DNA of 64,000 nt from Deltaproteobacteria bacterium (GTDB lineage Bacteria; Desulfobacterota_D; UBA1144; Nemesobacterales; Nemesobacteraceae): positions 14,313 through 78,312 of the forward strand of contig JAJCZR010000004.1 of NCBI GenBank assembly GCA_029262295.1. Reading direction: 5' to 3'. Below are positions 28,640 through 36,811 of the stretch, one piece after another. The position numbers were made by a program, and so were the translations under genes. Every line of letters begins with the position of its first letter. Within the stretch, counting starts at the first letter, position 1. The notes below the pieces were generated by a model. It saw only the letters and a list, made by a program, of their open reading frames with translations. It was not told the DNA's origin and ran no database searches.

Positions 28640-29692
28640 ATGTCCACATCTCTAATAATCGGAATAGCAATAGTTCAAATTTCACTTGTTTTGTTTGTAG
28701 TGCTTACTGCAGTTGCATATCTCACTTTTGCAGAAAGGCGTATTAGTGCCTTTATACAGGACCGTTATGGCCCAAATAGAGTTGGCCCATTTGGTTTACT
28801 CCAACCCCTGGCAGACGGGATAAAGTTTATTTTCAAAGAAGATATTATTCCAAACAAGGCTAATAAAGCCATGTATATATTAGCCCCTGCTTTTGCTCTT
28901 GTTACGGCTTTGTCTGCTCTCGCAGTTGTACCGATTGGAAGAGGATTTAATACAGATCTATTTGGACTCTTAAATGAATCAATTTTCATAAAACTTCAGA
29001 TAGCTGATCTAAATATCGGAATTTTATACATAATGGCTATAAGTTCTCTTAGCGTTTACGGAATAGTATTGGGAGGATGGTCATCCAACAGCAAATACTC
29101 ACTTCTCGGAGGACTCCGTGGAGCTGCTCAAATGATAAGCTATGAACTATCGCTGGGGCTTTCACTCATTGGAGTAATAGCTATTACCGGTTCATTAAGA
29201 CTTGGTGACATTATTGAGGCCCAGGAAAGAGTTTGGTTTATGATACCTTCTTTCATTGGGTTTGTTGTATTTGTAATATCCTCATTTGCTGAAACAAACA
29301 GGCTTCCTTTTGACACTCCTGAGGCCGAACCAGAAATTGTTGCAGGTTATCACACTGAATATAGCAGTATGAAATTTGCAATGTTTTTCATGGCAGAATA
29401 CACTCACATGATACTGGCATCATGCTTGATAACCAGCTTGTTTTTGGGTGGGTGGTATCCACTACCGATTGGTGGATGGTTTGGAATTGATATAGATACT
29501 CATTGGTACTTACCACCAATGGTGTTTATCAGTAAAGTTGTATTTCTACTCTTTTTCTTCATATGGGTAAGATGGACTTTACCAAGATTCAGGTTTGATC
29601 AGGTTATGCACCTTGGCTGGAAAAAACTTTTTCCGCTTGCTATACTCAACATACTGGTTGTAAGTGTTTTAATAATTCTTGGTATTGTTTAA
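28640..29692 (+). CDS. nuoH: NADH-quinone oxidoreductase subunit H
   Basis: 350 aa with NuoH/ND1 signatures (LLQPLADGIKF, GWSSNSKYSLLGGLRGAAQMISYE, ETNRLPFD). Starts 2 nt after the nuoG-like gene. Confidence 0.9.
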   Translation: MSTSLIIGIAIVQISLVLFVVLTAVAYLTFAERRISAFIQDRYGPNRVGPFGLLQPLADGIKFIFKEDIIPNKANKAMYILAPAFALVTALSALAVVPIGRGFNTDLFGLLNESIFIKLQIADLNIGILYIMAISSLSVYGIVLGGWSSNSKYSLLGGLRGAAQMISYELSLGLSLIGVIAITGSLRLGDIIEAQERVWFMIPSFIGFVVFVISSFAETNRLPFDTPEAEPEIVAGYHTEYSSMKFAMFFMAEYTHMILASCLITSLFLGGWYPLPIGGWFGIDIDTHWYLPPMVFISKVVFLLFFFIWVRWTLPRFRFDQVMHLGWKKLFPLAILNILVVSVLIILGIV

Positions 29693-29699
29693 AAACATT

Positions 29700-29950
29700 T
29701 GTCATTCCAAACTTGATTTGGAATCCAGGTTTTAGAGAAGTTTTTCAAGCAAATATCTCCACTAACTATTTTTATTCCAAAATGGGTCAATCTCCAAATT
29801 TCTTTTCCAAGTTTTAAAAGCTTTTCTAAATAAATTATCAGCAATCTTTATGAGTAAATTATCATTTTTTACTCTCCATAATATAAATACAGGGGTGTTT
29901 CTTTTACTTTATTCCGTAATTCTGGATTCCAAATCAAGTTTGGAATGACA
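29700..29950. mobile_element. MITE-like element: two perfect 29-bp inverted copies of a hairpin repeat flanking ~190 bp of AT-rich DNA
   Basis: Left TGTCATTCCAAACTTGATTTGGAATCCAG at 29700-29728 is the exact reverse complement of 29922-29950. Each arm is itself a hairpin (ATTCCAAA/TTTGGAAT) with the same TGTCAT...CTyGA...ATCCAGG architecture as the dispersed repeat family. Starts 8 bp after the nuoH stop. Confidence 0.45.
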
Positions 29951-30038
29951 GAAAGAATAGAATATGTAACATATGTCTTCAATCTATAAAACTCCTCTGT
30001 CCAATTTCATTGGTGGAGAGGGGATTTCTTATATCATT

Positions 30039-31142
30039 ATGACAAAATACGAACTTGCTATAATCGGTGGAAGCTTTGCAGGACTTAGCTGCGCAGGAGC
30101 TGCTGCAGCAAGGGGTCTAAAAACAGTTGTATTCGATAAGAAAAAAAGACCTGGTTCATACACCCAGAGCACCGGTATATTTGTAAAAGAAATTGCTGAT
30201 CAAATAGACCTACCATCTCATCTTACAAACAAAATTCATGGTGTAAGGCTATACTCCCCTAACTTGGAGTATGTTGACCTTATCTCACCAGGATACTATT
30301 TCCTTGCAACTGACACATGCAGAGTATTGGAATGGTTTTCAAAAGAAGCAGAGAATAAAGGTACGAAGCTGGTTTACAACGAGAATATAAATAATATTGA
30401 AACCAGAGAATCAGATATCTATTTCCCAGATCAGGATATAAGCAGTAAATATCTTGTGGCAGCAGATGGTGCTAGGTCAAGAACTGCTAAAGAACTAAAC
30501 CTTGGAGTAAACAAATCCTTTCTACTTGGTGCTGAATTTGAAGTGAGTGGAATCAAAGGAATTGAGAGCGACTTTCTTCATGTTTTTTTAGACTCAAAAC
30601 TTGCGCCCGGCTATATAGGTTGGATCGTACCGGGAGTCTCACATTTTCAGATAGGTATTGCAGTTAAATATCCGAAAAAACCTAAAGTGAAAGAACTAAT
30701 TGAAAAAGTAAGTGGAATTTTTGATACAAGTGGAATGAAAATCACTGGCAGCAGAGGAGGCTTTATTCCATGTGGTGGAGTAGTCAAACCATACTACAAA
30801 GATAATGTTTGTCTTGTGGGTGATGCCGGTGGAATGGTCTCTCCTCTAACAGCAGGCGGAATTCATCCTGCAATTGAAATTGGAAGACTTTTAGGAATCG
30901 CAGTGAGTGATTACATTCAAGACGGTGGAATTAATCCGGGACTATATATCAAAAAACACCTACCCTCTTTCACTATCAAAAACCAACTCAGGAATATCTT
31001 TGATATATTAAGCCCACCAGATTTTCTTTACAACTTTTTAATTGGAAATAGTTTATTTAAAAAAAGTGCACAACTTATATTTTTTCATCACAGAGGGCTT
31101 CTTACTAAAAAAGCCTGGGAAGAAATTCTAAGAAAAAAATAA
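30039..31142 (+). CDS. FAD-dependent oxidoreductase, geranylgeranyl reductase family
   Basis: GxGxxG dinucleotide-binding motif (IIGGSFAGLSCAGAAAARG) and a GDAGG-like FAD motif (VGDAGGMVSPLTAGG). Start chosen at the ATG 30039, preceded by GGAGAGGGGA. The ORF track gives an alternative start at 29973. Confidence 0.7.
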   Translation: MTKYELAIIGGSFAGLSCAGAAAARGLKTVVFDKKKRPGSYTQSTGIFVKEIADQIDLPSHLTNKIHGVRLYSPNLEYVDLISPGYYFLATDTCRVLEWFSKEAENKGTKLVYNENINNIETRESDIYFPDQDISSKYLVAADGARSRTAKELNLGVNKSFLLGAEFEVSGIKGIESDFLHVFLDSKLAPGYIGWIVPGVSHFQIGIAVKYPKKPKVKELIEKVSGIFDTSGMKITGSRGGFIPCGGVVKPYYKDNVCLVGDAGGMVSPLTAGGIHPAIEIGRLLGIAVSDYIQDGGINPGLYIKKHLPSFTIKNQLRNIFDILSPPDFLYNFLIGNSLFKKSAQLIFFHHRGLLTKKAWEEILRKK

Positions 31143-31145
31143 GAC

Positions 31146-31529
31146 CTATAAAATATAGCTAATGATCAAACTAACTGAGGCAATAATTATTGTAGTAAAA
31201 GTAATAACCATTCCAGCAACTCTGAATTTAAGGTTTTCATTTACCTGCCTCACTCCATAGAAGTGAATAACTCTTCCAATGATAAGTGCAATTAATAATA
31301 AATGAATGACAATTTTTGAACTGATTTGTGTTTCGAGAAAAAATATCAAGATAAGTGCAATTGGAACATACTCAGCAAAATTTCCATGTACACGAATTGC
31401 CCGTTGAAGTAATTGATTATCGCCGTCTCCAATCAACACTTTGGCATTTCTTCTGATACCAATTGTTCTGAAACTCAGAAATATAAAAAACAATCCCAAA
31501 ATTGCTGCATAAATTGGTGTTATAAGCAT
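31146..31529 (-). CDS. MAPEG-family membrane protein (glutathione-S-transferase-like)
   Basis: 127 aa with 3-4 TM helices. Matches the MAPEG pattern (..RVHGNFAEYVPIALILI..). Confidence 0.65.
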   Translation of the reverse strand: MLITPIYAAILGLFFIFLSFRTIGIRRNAKVLIGDGDNQLLQRAIRVHGNFAEYVPIALILIFFLETQISSKIVIHLLLIALIIGRVIHFYGVRQVNENLKFRVAGMVITFTTIIIASVSLIISYIL

Positions 31530-31544
31530 TATTATCCTCTTTAG

Positions 31545-31955
31545 TTATTCTTCTGAAAACATAGCAAACACTTCTTCGCCCGTCATATTTTTTGTTTCAT
31601 TAGCAAAATCGTAGTAAGGTGGTTTTTCTTCAATAAATACTTGGTGATCAAATACAAAATTACTTTCATCAAATAAGGTAGGCGACATAATATATTGTCC
31701 TGTCTGTTTCAACTTATAAAAAAGATTACTTCCACATGTTTTACAAAAACCCCGCTGCGCCCAATCAGATGAATCATAAATCTCAACATTTTCTTCACCT
31801 TCAAATGAGACATCTGTGCCAGCATCAACTGCCAAAAATGGCCCACCAGACCATTTCCTACACATATTACAATGACATGCACCTAAACTATCACTTAAAC
31901 TCGGAGCTGAAACCTTGACTGCACCACATAAACAACTTCCTTTTTTATCTGACAT
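31545..31955 (-). CDS. GFA-family protein (glutathione-dependent formaldehyde-activating enzyme/CENP-V-like zinc domain)
   Basis: Cys-rich motifs CLCGAV...CHCNMCRKWSGGPF...CKTCGSNLF are typical of the GFA domain. Confidence 0.75.
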   Translation of the reverse strand: MSDKKGSCLCGAVKVSAPSLSDSLGACHCNMCRKWSGGPFLAVDAGTDVSFEGEENVEIYDSSDWAQRGFCKTCGSNLFYKLKQTGQYIMSPTLFDESNFVFDHQVFIEEKPPYYDFANETKNMTGEEVFAMFSEE

Positions 31956-31980
31956 AGCTTTTCTCCTTTTAAAAATTTAG

Positions 31981-32319
31981 TTATTCGTATAAACAGGCAT
32001 CAATAACTGCCAACACTTCATCTAAGAATTCCGAGGAAGCTCTTTCAATAAATTTAGCTTTGCGATACTTGAAATCAAGAGATTTAACTTGATCTACCAT
32101 AACAAAGCCTGAGATATTTTTTGAATCAAAGATTTTTATATGAAACGGAAATTTTCTTTCAGTATTGGTTATTGGGCAAACAATGGCAAGCCCTGTTTTT
32201 TTGTTGAATAAAGTATTGCTGACAACAATTGCAGGTCGGCGACCTTTCTGCTCATGACCTGATTGTGGATCAAAGGTTAATGCAATAAAGTCGCCTTTTT
32301 GTGGAACAAATTGAGCCAT
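31981..32319 (-). CDS. mazF: type II toxin, MazF/PemK endoribonuclease family
   Basis: GDFIALTFDPQSGHEQKGRRPAIVVS...AIVCPITN matches the PemK/MazF fold signature. Start codon abuts the antitoxin stop. Confidence 0.85.
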   Translation of the reverse strand: MAQFVPQKGDFIALTFDPQSGHEQKGRRPAIVVSNTLFNKKTGLAIVCPITNTERKFPFHIKIFDSKNISGFVMVDQVKSLDFKYRKAKFIERASSEFLDEVLAVIDACLYE

Positions 32320-32568
32320 CTACCATACTTCCTTTCCTTGAGGTTTTCCCCAGTCAACTTCTTTTGGTTCATAATCTTTTGGAATTTTAGATACAAGGTC
32401 TTTCAACTTATACTTTCCTCGAACTTTTCTAACAAGTTTTATTACTATCGAACCTTTTTCAATTGTAACATTAACTTCATCACCAACATTTATCTTTGCT
32501 TCTTCTAAAAGTTCTTTTGAGAAACGAAGACCCTGACTGTTACCCCATTTTTTAATTTTGGTTACCAT
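32320..32568 (-). CDS. mazE: type II antitoxin, MazE/AbrB (SpoVT-AbrB) family
   Basis: MVTKIKKWGNSQGLRFSKELLEEAKINVGDEV is the swapped-hairpin AbrB/MazE motif. Lies directly upstream of mazF. Confidence 0.8.
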   Translation of the reverse strand: MVTKIKKWGNSQGLRFSKELLEEAKINVGDEVNVTIEKGSIVIKLVRKVRGKYKLKDLVSKIPKDYEPKEVDWGKPQGKEVW

Positions 32569-32616
32569 ATTTAATCTCCTAACAATGTATATACAAAGTT
32601 TATACTACTACTGTTA

Positions 32617-33261
32617 TCAATTCAATCTATTAATTGGATCATCAATTGGCTTTTTAAAATCCGTTCTGTACTGATTAACTTTTATTAAACCTTCGATTAA
32701 CTTTTCAACTCTTTTAACTTCACCCTCATTCAACTCTTTGAATTCCACAATTATAGAGTTCGAGACAATAGGTTTAATCCACATTCCTTTATAAGGCTTA
32801 ACCTGATCTTTAATGTAGAGAATTGGAAACTTTTCCGATCGTGATTCAATGTGTCTTTTATAAACAATTTCAGAATGTTCCTGAATTGCAAAAATTCTCC
32901 ATTTACCTGAGTTAGGTGGCCTTGGAAGTGTTATTGATCTACCTGATTTTGAATAAGGTCTTGATATCCCTCCACCGCTAGTTTCAATCTCTCTTAGTTT
33001 ATAGAACTCACCATTCTGTTCTGCATAATATGTTACTCTTGGAAACTTCCATATAGGAATTGAGAGGTTATTTAGATTATAAAGTTTAACATTACACAAA
33101 GTCTTGTAAGAGGCACCAAACTTACCTCTTCTTGGTTCGGCCTCAAGATAAAGCCCAACACTTTCAGATGGAACTGGGAGAGCACTTACTATAACATTAT
33201 CCTTCTTTACACACCCAGAAAGAGTAATTGTTATTAAAATCAGTATTATGAGTTTTTTCAT
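32617..33261 (-). CDS. lipoprotein, function unknown
   Basis: Lipobox LSGC after the signal peptide. 4-bp ATGA overlap with the upstream methyltransferase gene. Confidence 0.5.
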   Translation of the reverse strand: MKKLIILILITITLSGCVKKDNVIVSALPVPSESVGLYLEAEPRRGKFGASYKTLCNVKLYNLNNLSIPIWKFPRVTYYAEQNGEFYKLREIETSGGGISRPYSKSGRSITLPRPPNSGKWRIFAIQEHSEIVYKRHIESRSEKFPILYIKDQVKPYKGMWIKPIVSNSIIVEFKELNEGEVKRVEKLIEGLIKVNQYRTDFKKPIDDPINRLN

Positions 33262-33893
33262 TTTTTGAATATTACAACATCTTTATCAACAAATTCTAGT
33301 TTACTATTTATATGTTCTCCAATCCATTCAAAGGTTTCCACTGAAAAAAAACTTATGTGAGTCATATCAGTTATATAGTGCCATTTTGAAAAAGCTTGCT
33401 GATCTAAAACCATCTTTGTCATTATTCCCAAAAACCCTTCAGGTTTTAAACAAACCCACAGCTTTTCCAAAACTTCAAATGGTTCTTTAAGATGTTCTAC
33501 TACTTCGCTTGCTGTTATAAAGTCATATTGTTTTTCAAAAACTGATTTATCCACCGAGTAATAAATATCATAAAGATTCATTTTATGCCCTGCTTCTTCA
33601 AACATCAAACTTAGAGTTGGACCTGGCCCTGAACCAAAATCAAGTCCAAAACTTTTGGGTTTGATTCTTGAATTCATGGGTTCAAAAATACGGCTAAGAA
33701 ATTGCCTGTAGCCAGGATCATTATGATAATTTTCGTGTAAATCGTACCTCTTTTTTTCTTCTTCTTTTGAAAGATGGAATTCTTTTGAAACAAATACTAG
33801 ATAACAATTATTACATCTTAAATATTTCCTTTGATTATCTTTATGAAAGTCAAAAATATTGTGGGACTGGCAAAGTGGGCAATAGTTACTCAT
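33258..33893 (-). CDS. class I SAM-dependent methyltransferase with N-terminal CxxC...CxxC zinc ribbon
   Basis: CPLCQS...CNNC ribbon followed by the LDFGSGPG motif I and an acidic motif II. Confidence 0.7.
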   Translation of the reverse strand: MSNYCPLCQSHNIFDFHKDNQRKYLRCNNCYLVFVSKEFHLSKEEEKKRYDLHENYHNDPGYRQFLSRIFEPMNSRIKPKSFGLDFGSGPGPTLSLMFEEAGHKMNLYDIYYSVDKSVFEKQYDFITASEVVEHLKEPFEVLEKLWVCLKPEGFLGIMTKMVLDQQAFSKWHYITDMTHISFFSVETFEWIGEHINSKLEFVDKDVVIFKK

Positions 33894-33896
33894 TTC

Positions 33897-34448
33897 TTAA
33901 ATTTTTTCCAAAATATATAAAACAAGTGTTGTATCATCAGGAGATTCAGAGAGATATTCAGTTGTAGAGAACTGTTTTTTATCTAGACCCCCAATATACT
34001 TTTTTATTTCATTGGTTTCTTCCTTTCCTTCTTTATGTCCAGGATAGCAAATAATTGTTATCAACCCACGATCGGAAAGAAGAATTATTGCAGAGTCTAA
34101 TGCAATAATTGTTGTCACAGTTTTTGTACTAATATTTTTATCTGATTTTGGAAGGTAACCAAGATTGAACATTACTACATCAGCTTTATCTTTAATATAT
34201 TCAGACATATTTTCATGTCCGTCATGGATAAATTCAACATTTTCTAAGAAACCCGTTTTATCTATTTTGTTTTTTGCAATTTCCAATGCTTCTTCTTGAA
34301 TATCAAAGCTCAAAACTTTCCCGGATTCTGAACATAGTCTGGCAAGAAAAAGTGTATCAAAACCATTACCACAAGTGGCATCAATCCCCAGATTTATTGA
34401 GTTGAATTTTTGAGAGATTATTTGATGAGCTTTATCAGTGAGAGACAA
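33897..34448 (-). CDS. YtqB-like putative RNA methyltransferase (class I SAM MTase)
   Basis: GIDATCGNGFDTLFLA motif characteristic of the rRNA_methylase/YtqB family. Confidence 0.65.
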   Translation of the reverse strand: MSLTDKAHQIISQKFNSINLGIDATCGNGFDTLFLARLCSESGKVLSFDIQEEALEIAKNKIDKTGFLENVEFIHDGHENMSEYIKDKADVVMFNLGYLPKSDKNISTKTVTTIIALDSAIILLSDRGLITIICYPGHKEGKEETNEIKKYIGGLDKKQFSTTEYLSESPDDTTLVLYILEKI

Positions 34449-34483
34449 TTATTAGTTCCAGAAATAGCTTTAATTTCTAAGGG

Positions 34484-35245
34484 TTATTCTTTATCTTTAG
34501 ATTTACCTTTTGAAACTGGCACAACTTTGGAATCTCCTGAAACTCCAAGAACTAAAGTATTTCCGGAGGATTCACCAAGAGTCTGAAGCATTCTGAGTTG
34601 CAATAAGTTCGGATTATCTTCGATCAGTTTTGCAGCATTTGTAAGATTTCTTAGAGCAGCTGTCTCACCCCTGGCTTTTTCAAGTGCAGCAAGGCCTTCT
34701 TTTTTTGCATTTACAACTTGAGCGAAAATCTCTTTAAGTTTTCCTGGGAACATTATGTCTTTAATGCTTACAGATATTAGTTTAAGTCCAATATCACTGG
34801 CTTTCGGTTCAATCATCTCAATCAGTTTTTTAGACAACTCATCACGGCTATCAAGCACAGTATCAATATCAGTGGCCCCGATTATTTCCCTTAGTGCAAG
34901 CTGAAGTTCAAGATAAAGTGTGTTGTAATAACTTTGAACTTTGTTAATCGCAGTTTCGGGATTGGTAATTTCATAATTAGCTGCCATGCTTACCCTCAAC
35001 GTGACGCCATCCGAACTTAGAACTTCCTGTCCCGTAATTGAAATAAACATGGGACGAATATCTACTTTGTGAATTATAGTATGAAACGGAATATGCCAGT
35101 ATTGACCAGGTTCCAGAACTGACTCAAACTTACCTTTGTTATATTTAAGCCCTCGTTGGTACTCAAGTATTGTTGTATATTTCACCCCGTATCTTAGAGC
35201 TAGAACAATAATTACGACAACAGTTACAGGTAAAATAAATTCCAT
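34484..35245 (-). CDS. SPFH/band-7 (stomatin/HflC-like) membrane protein
   Basis: N-terminal TM helix followed by an SPFH domain and a C-terminal coiled coil. Confidence 0.8.
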   Translation of the reverse strand: MEFILPVTVVVIIVLALRYGVKYTTILEYQRGLKYNKGKFESVLEPGQYWHIPFHTIIHKVDIRPMFISITGQEVLSSDGVTLRVSMAANYEITNPETAINKVQSYYNTLYLELQLALREIIGATDIDTVLDSRDELSKKLIEMIEPKASDIGLKLISVSIKDIMFPGKLKEIFAQVVNAKKEGLAALEKARGETAALRNLTNAAKLIEDNPNLLQLRMLQTLGESSGNTLVLGVSGDSKVVPVSKGKSKDKE

Positions 35246-35669
35246 TTTTATCTCCTTTATTAAACCCTAACCCAAGAAAACACAAGATCCTAACGGAGGT
35301 CTAAACCTGCAAAGCTAAAAGCTTGCTGCATTTCTGCTGTTCCCTCAGGATAGGGCATGTGGGATTTGAACCCGTGTGTTTCCACACAACGATGGAAGCT
35401 TTAATCGCAGGACTAATACAGCGATGCTGTTGTAGCTGCTTACATCTCCCAGAAATTTTCACGTTTTGATCAGACATTAATTGTAAATCCAGAATCTTAA
35501 TATAATGGTCTTTGAGATTATACAGGATTTTTATTTTCTCAAGTGATAATTTAAAGTAAAACATGAAAATTTCATTTTAAACTATTGTTACAATTAAATA
35601 ATTTCCAAGTCTACAATCAACTTGTTTCTTTCCATCAAAAGACTTAGGAGACAAACAGAAAAAATATTA

Positions 35670-35716
35670 ATAGATAACAAAAAAGGGCAGCCGAATAGAA
35701 ATTACTGGCTGCCCTT
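35670..35716 (-). terminator. rho-independent terminator downstream of the beta-helix paralog 1 gene
   Basis: 10-bp perfect stem AAGGGCAGCC/GGCTGCCCTT with a 14-nt loop, followed on the minus strand by TTTTTTGTT. Confidence 0.6.
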
Positions 35717-35741
35717 AAAACGATTTAAAGTAAGTTTAAAT

Positions 35742-36758
35742 TCAGGAAACTAATTTTTTTCTTCTGATCCCAAAAAATAAAACCGTTATAAGTGGGACTA
35801 TTAAAACCAGAATATTTGCAAATGCAGACCCGCTGTTAACATTCCCATTGACTAATGAACATCCGCCACCATCATCATCGTCGGCATCTACAACTGCTTC
35901 ACCATTATTATTATCAAACAGTGTAACATTAATTAGGTCAACAGGATTATCTGAATTACCTGATACTCCTGGTCCAAAACTGCCACTAACTTTTGAATTT
36001 GCAACCACACCTGATGAACTACCATCAAATGAAATCCCTATTCCAGGATTCGGAATAAAGTCATCAGATGGAAAATCACCAGTTGCAGGATTAAGCCTGT
36101 AACCAGTAGCAGTTATGTGACTATCTTTTATCGATACAACTGCATTATCCGATACTAGAATTCCAAAATTAATATTATTTTCTATACGGGAATTTGAGAT
36201 AGTAACATGCGAAGCATTACGTATATCAATCCCATTTGTCCAGTTTCTAGTAACTATATTCTTTATTATTACCCTTCTGTTTGCAGGTGCATCCACAATT
36301 ATTCCAGGGGCTCCCTGCCGGGCACCACTTCCTGCATCTCCCTGAAGCACTGCATCAATATTTGCAGTTACTCCCGGTGCTGCTTCCAATACTACATTTC
36401 CTGCTAGTGTAACAACTTCAGGAAAAGTACCAGAAGTCACTATAGTAATTCGTCCATTGTTATTAACCCCGAGCCCGCTATTTGCTCCATTTATTGTGCC
36501 AAAAACTCTATCACCGTCATTATCTTCATCATCACCAATAATAGAATCACCATCATAATCACCACAAGTTCCAATTGCCTGCGCAGAGTTTGAACCTGTA
36601 GGTGGTACGTTGCAATTGCCTTCAACCAATACTGGATGATTCGCAAACGCATCAGTCACATTGACCAGAACAATTCCAGTAAATAAAGCCAGTCCGATCA
36701 AAAAGAATAGCGTTGAATTTAAAAATTTTATTTTAGGAACTGTTTTAATGTTTTTCAT
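35742..36758 (-). CDS. secreted right-handed beta-helix (pectate-lyase/NosD-like) protein with MYXO-CTERM-like C-terminal sorting tail
   Basis: Signal peptide with cleavage ...AFA|NHPV. A Gly/Asn/Ile-rich repeat core (NNGRITIVTSGTF...NIVTRNWTNGIDIRN...) indicates a parallel beta-helix. C-terminus DDDDGGGCSLVNG...ILVLIVPLITVLFFGIRRKKLVS is a GC motif, TM helix and basic tail. Confidence 0.7.
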   Translation of the reverse strand: MKNIKTVPKIKFLNSTLFFLIGLALFTGIVLVNVTDAFANHPVLVEGNCNVPPTGSNSAQAIGTCGDYDGDSIIGDDEDNDGDRVFGTINGANSGLGVNNNGRITIVTSGTFPEVVTLAGNVVLEAAPGVTANIDAVLQGDAGSGARQGAPGIIVDAPANRRVIIKNIVTRNWTNGIDIRNASHVTISNSRIENNINFGILVSDNAVVSIKDSHITATGYRLNPATGDFPSDDFIPNPGIGISFDGSSSGVVANSKVSGSFGPGVSGNSDNPVDLINVTLFDNNNGEAVVDADDDDGGGCSLVNGNVNSGSAFANILVLIVPLITVLFFGIRRKKLVS

Positions 36759-36811
36759 TTATACGTTCTCCCAATTAGATTTAGTGTTTACATTAACCAC
36801 TACCAACAAGA

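Noticed and set aside
35301-35564. 87-aa minus-strand ORF in the gap upstream of the SPFH gene
   Set aside because: Cys/Gln-rich with no start context. It spans the tRNA T-arm-like fragment and is more likely non-coding.
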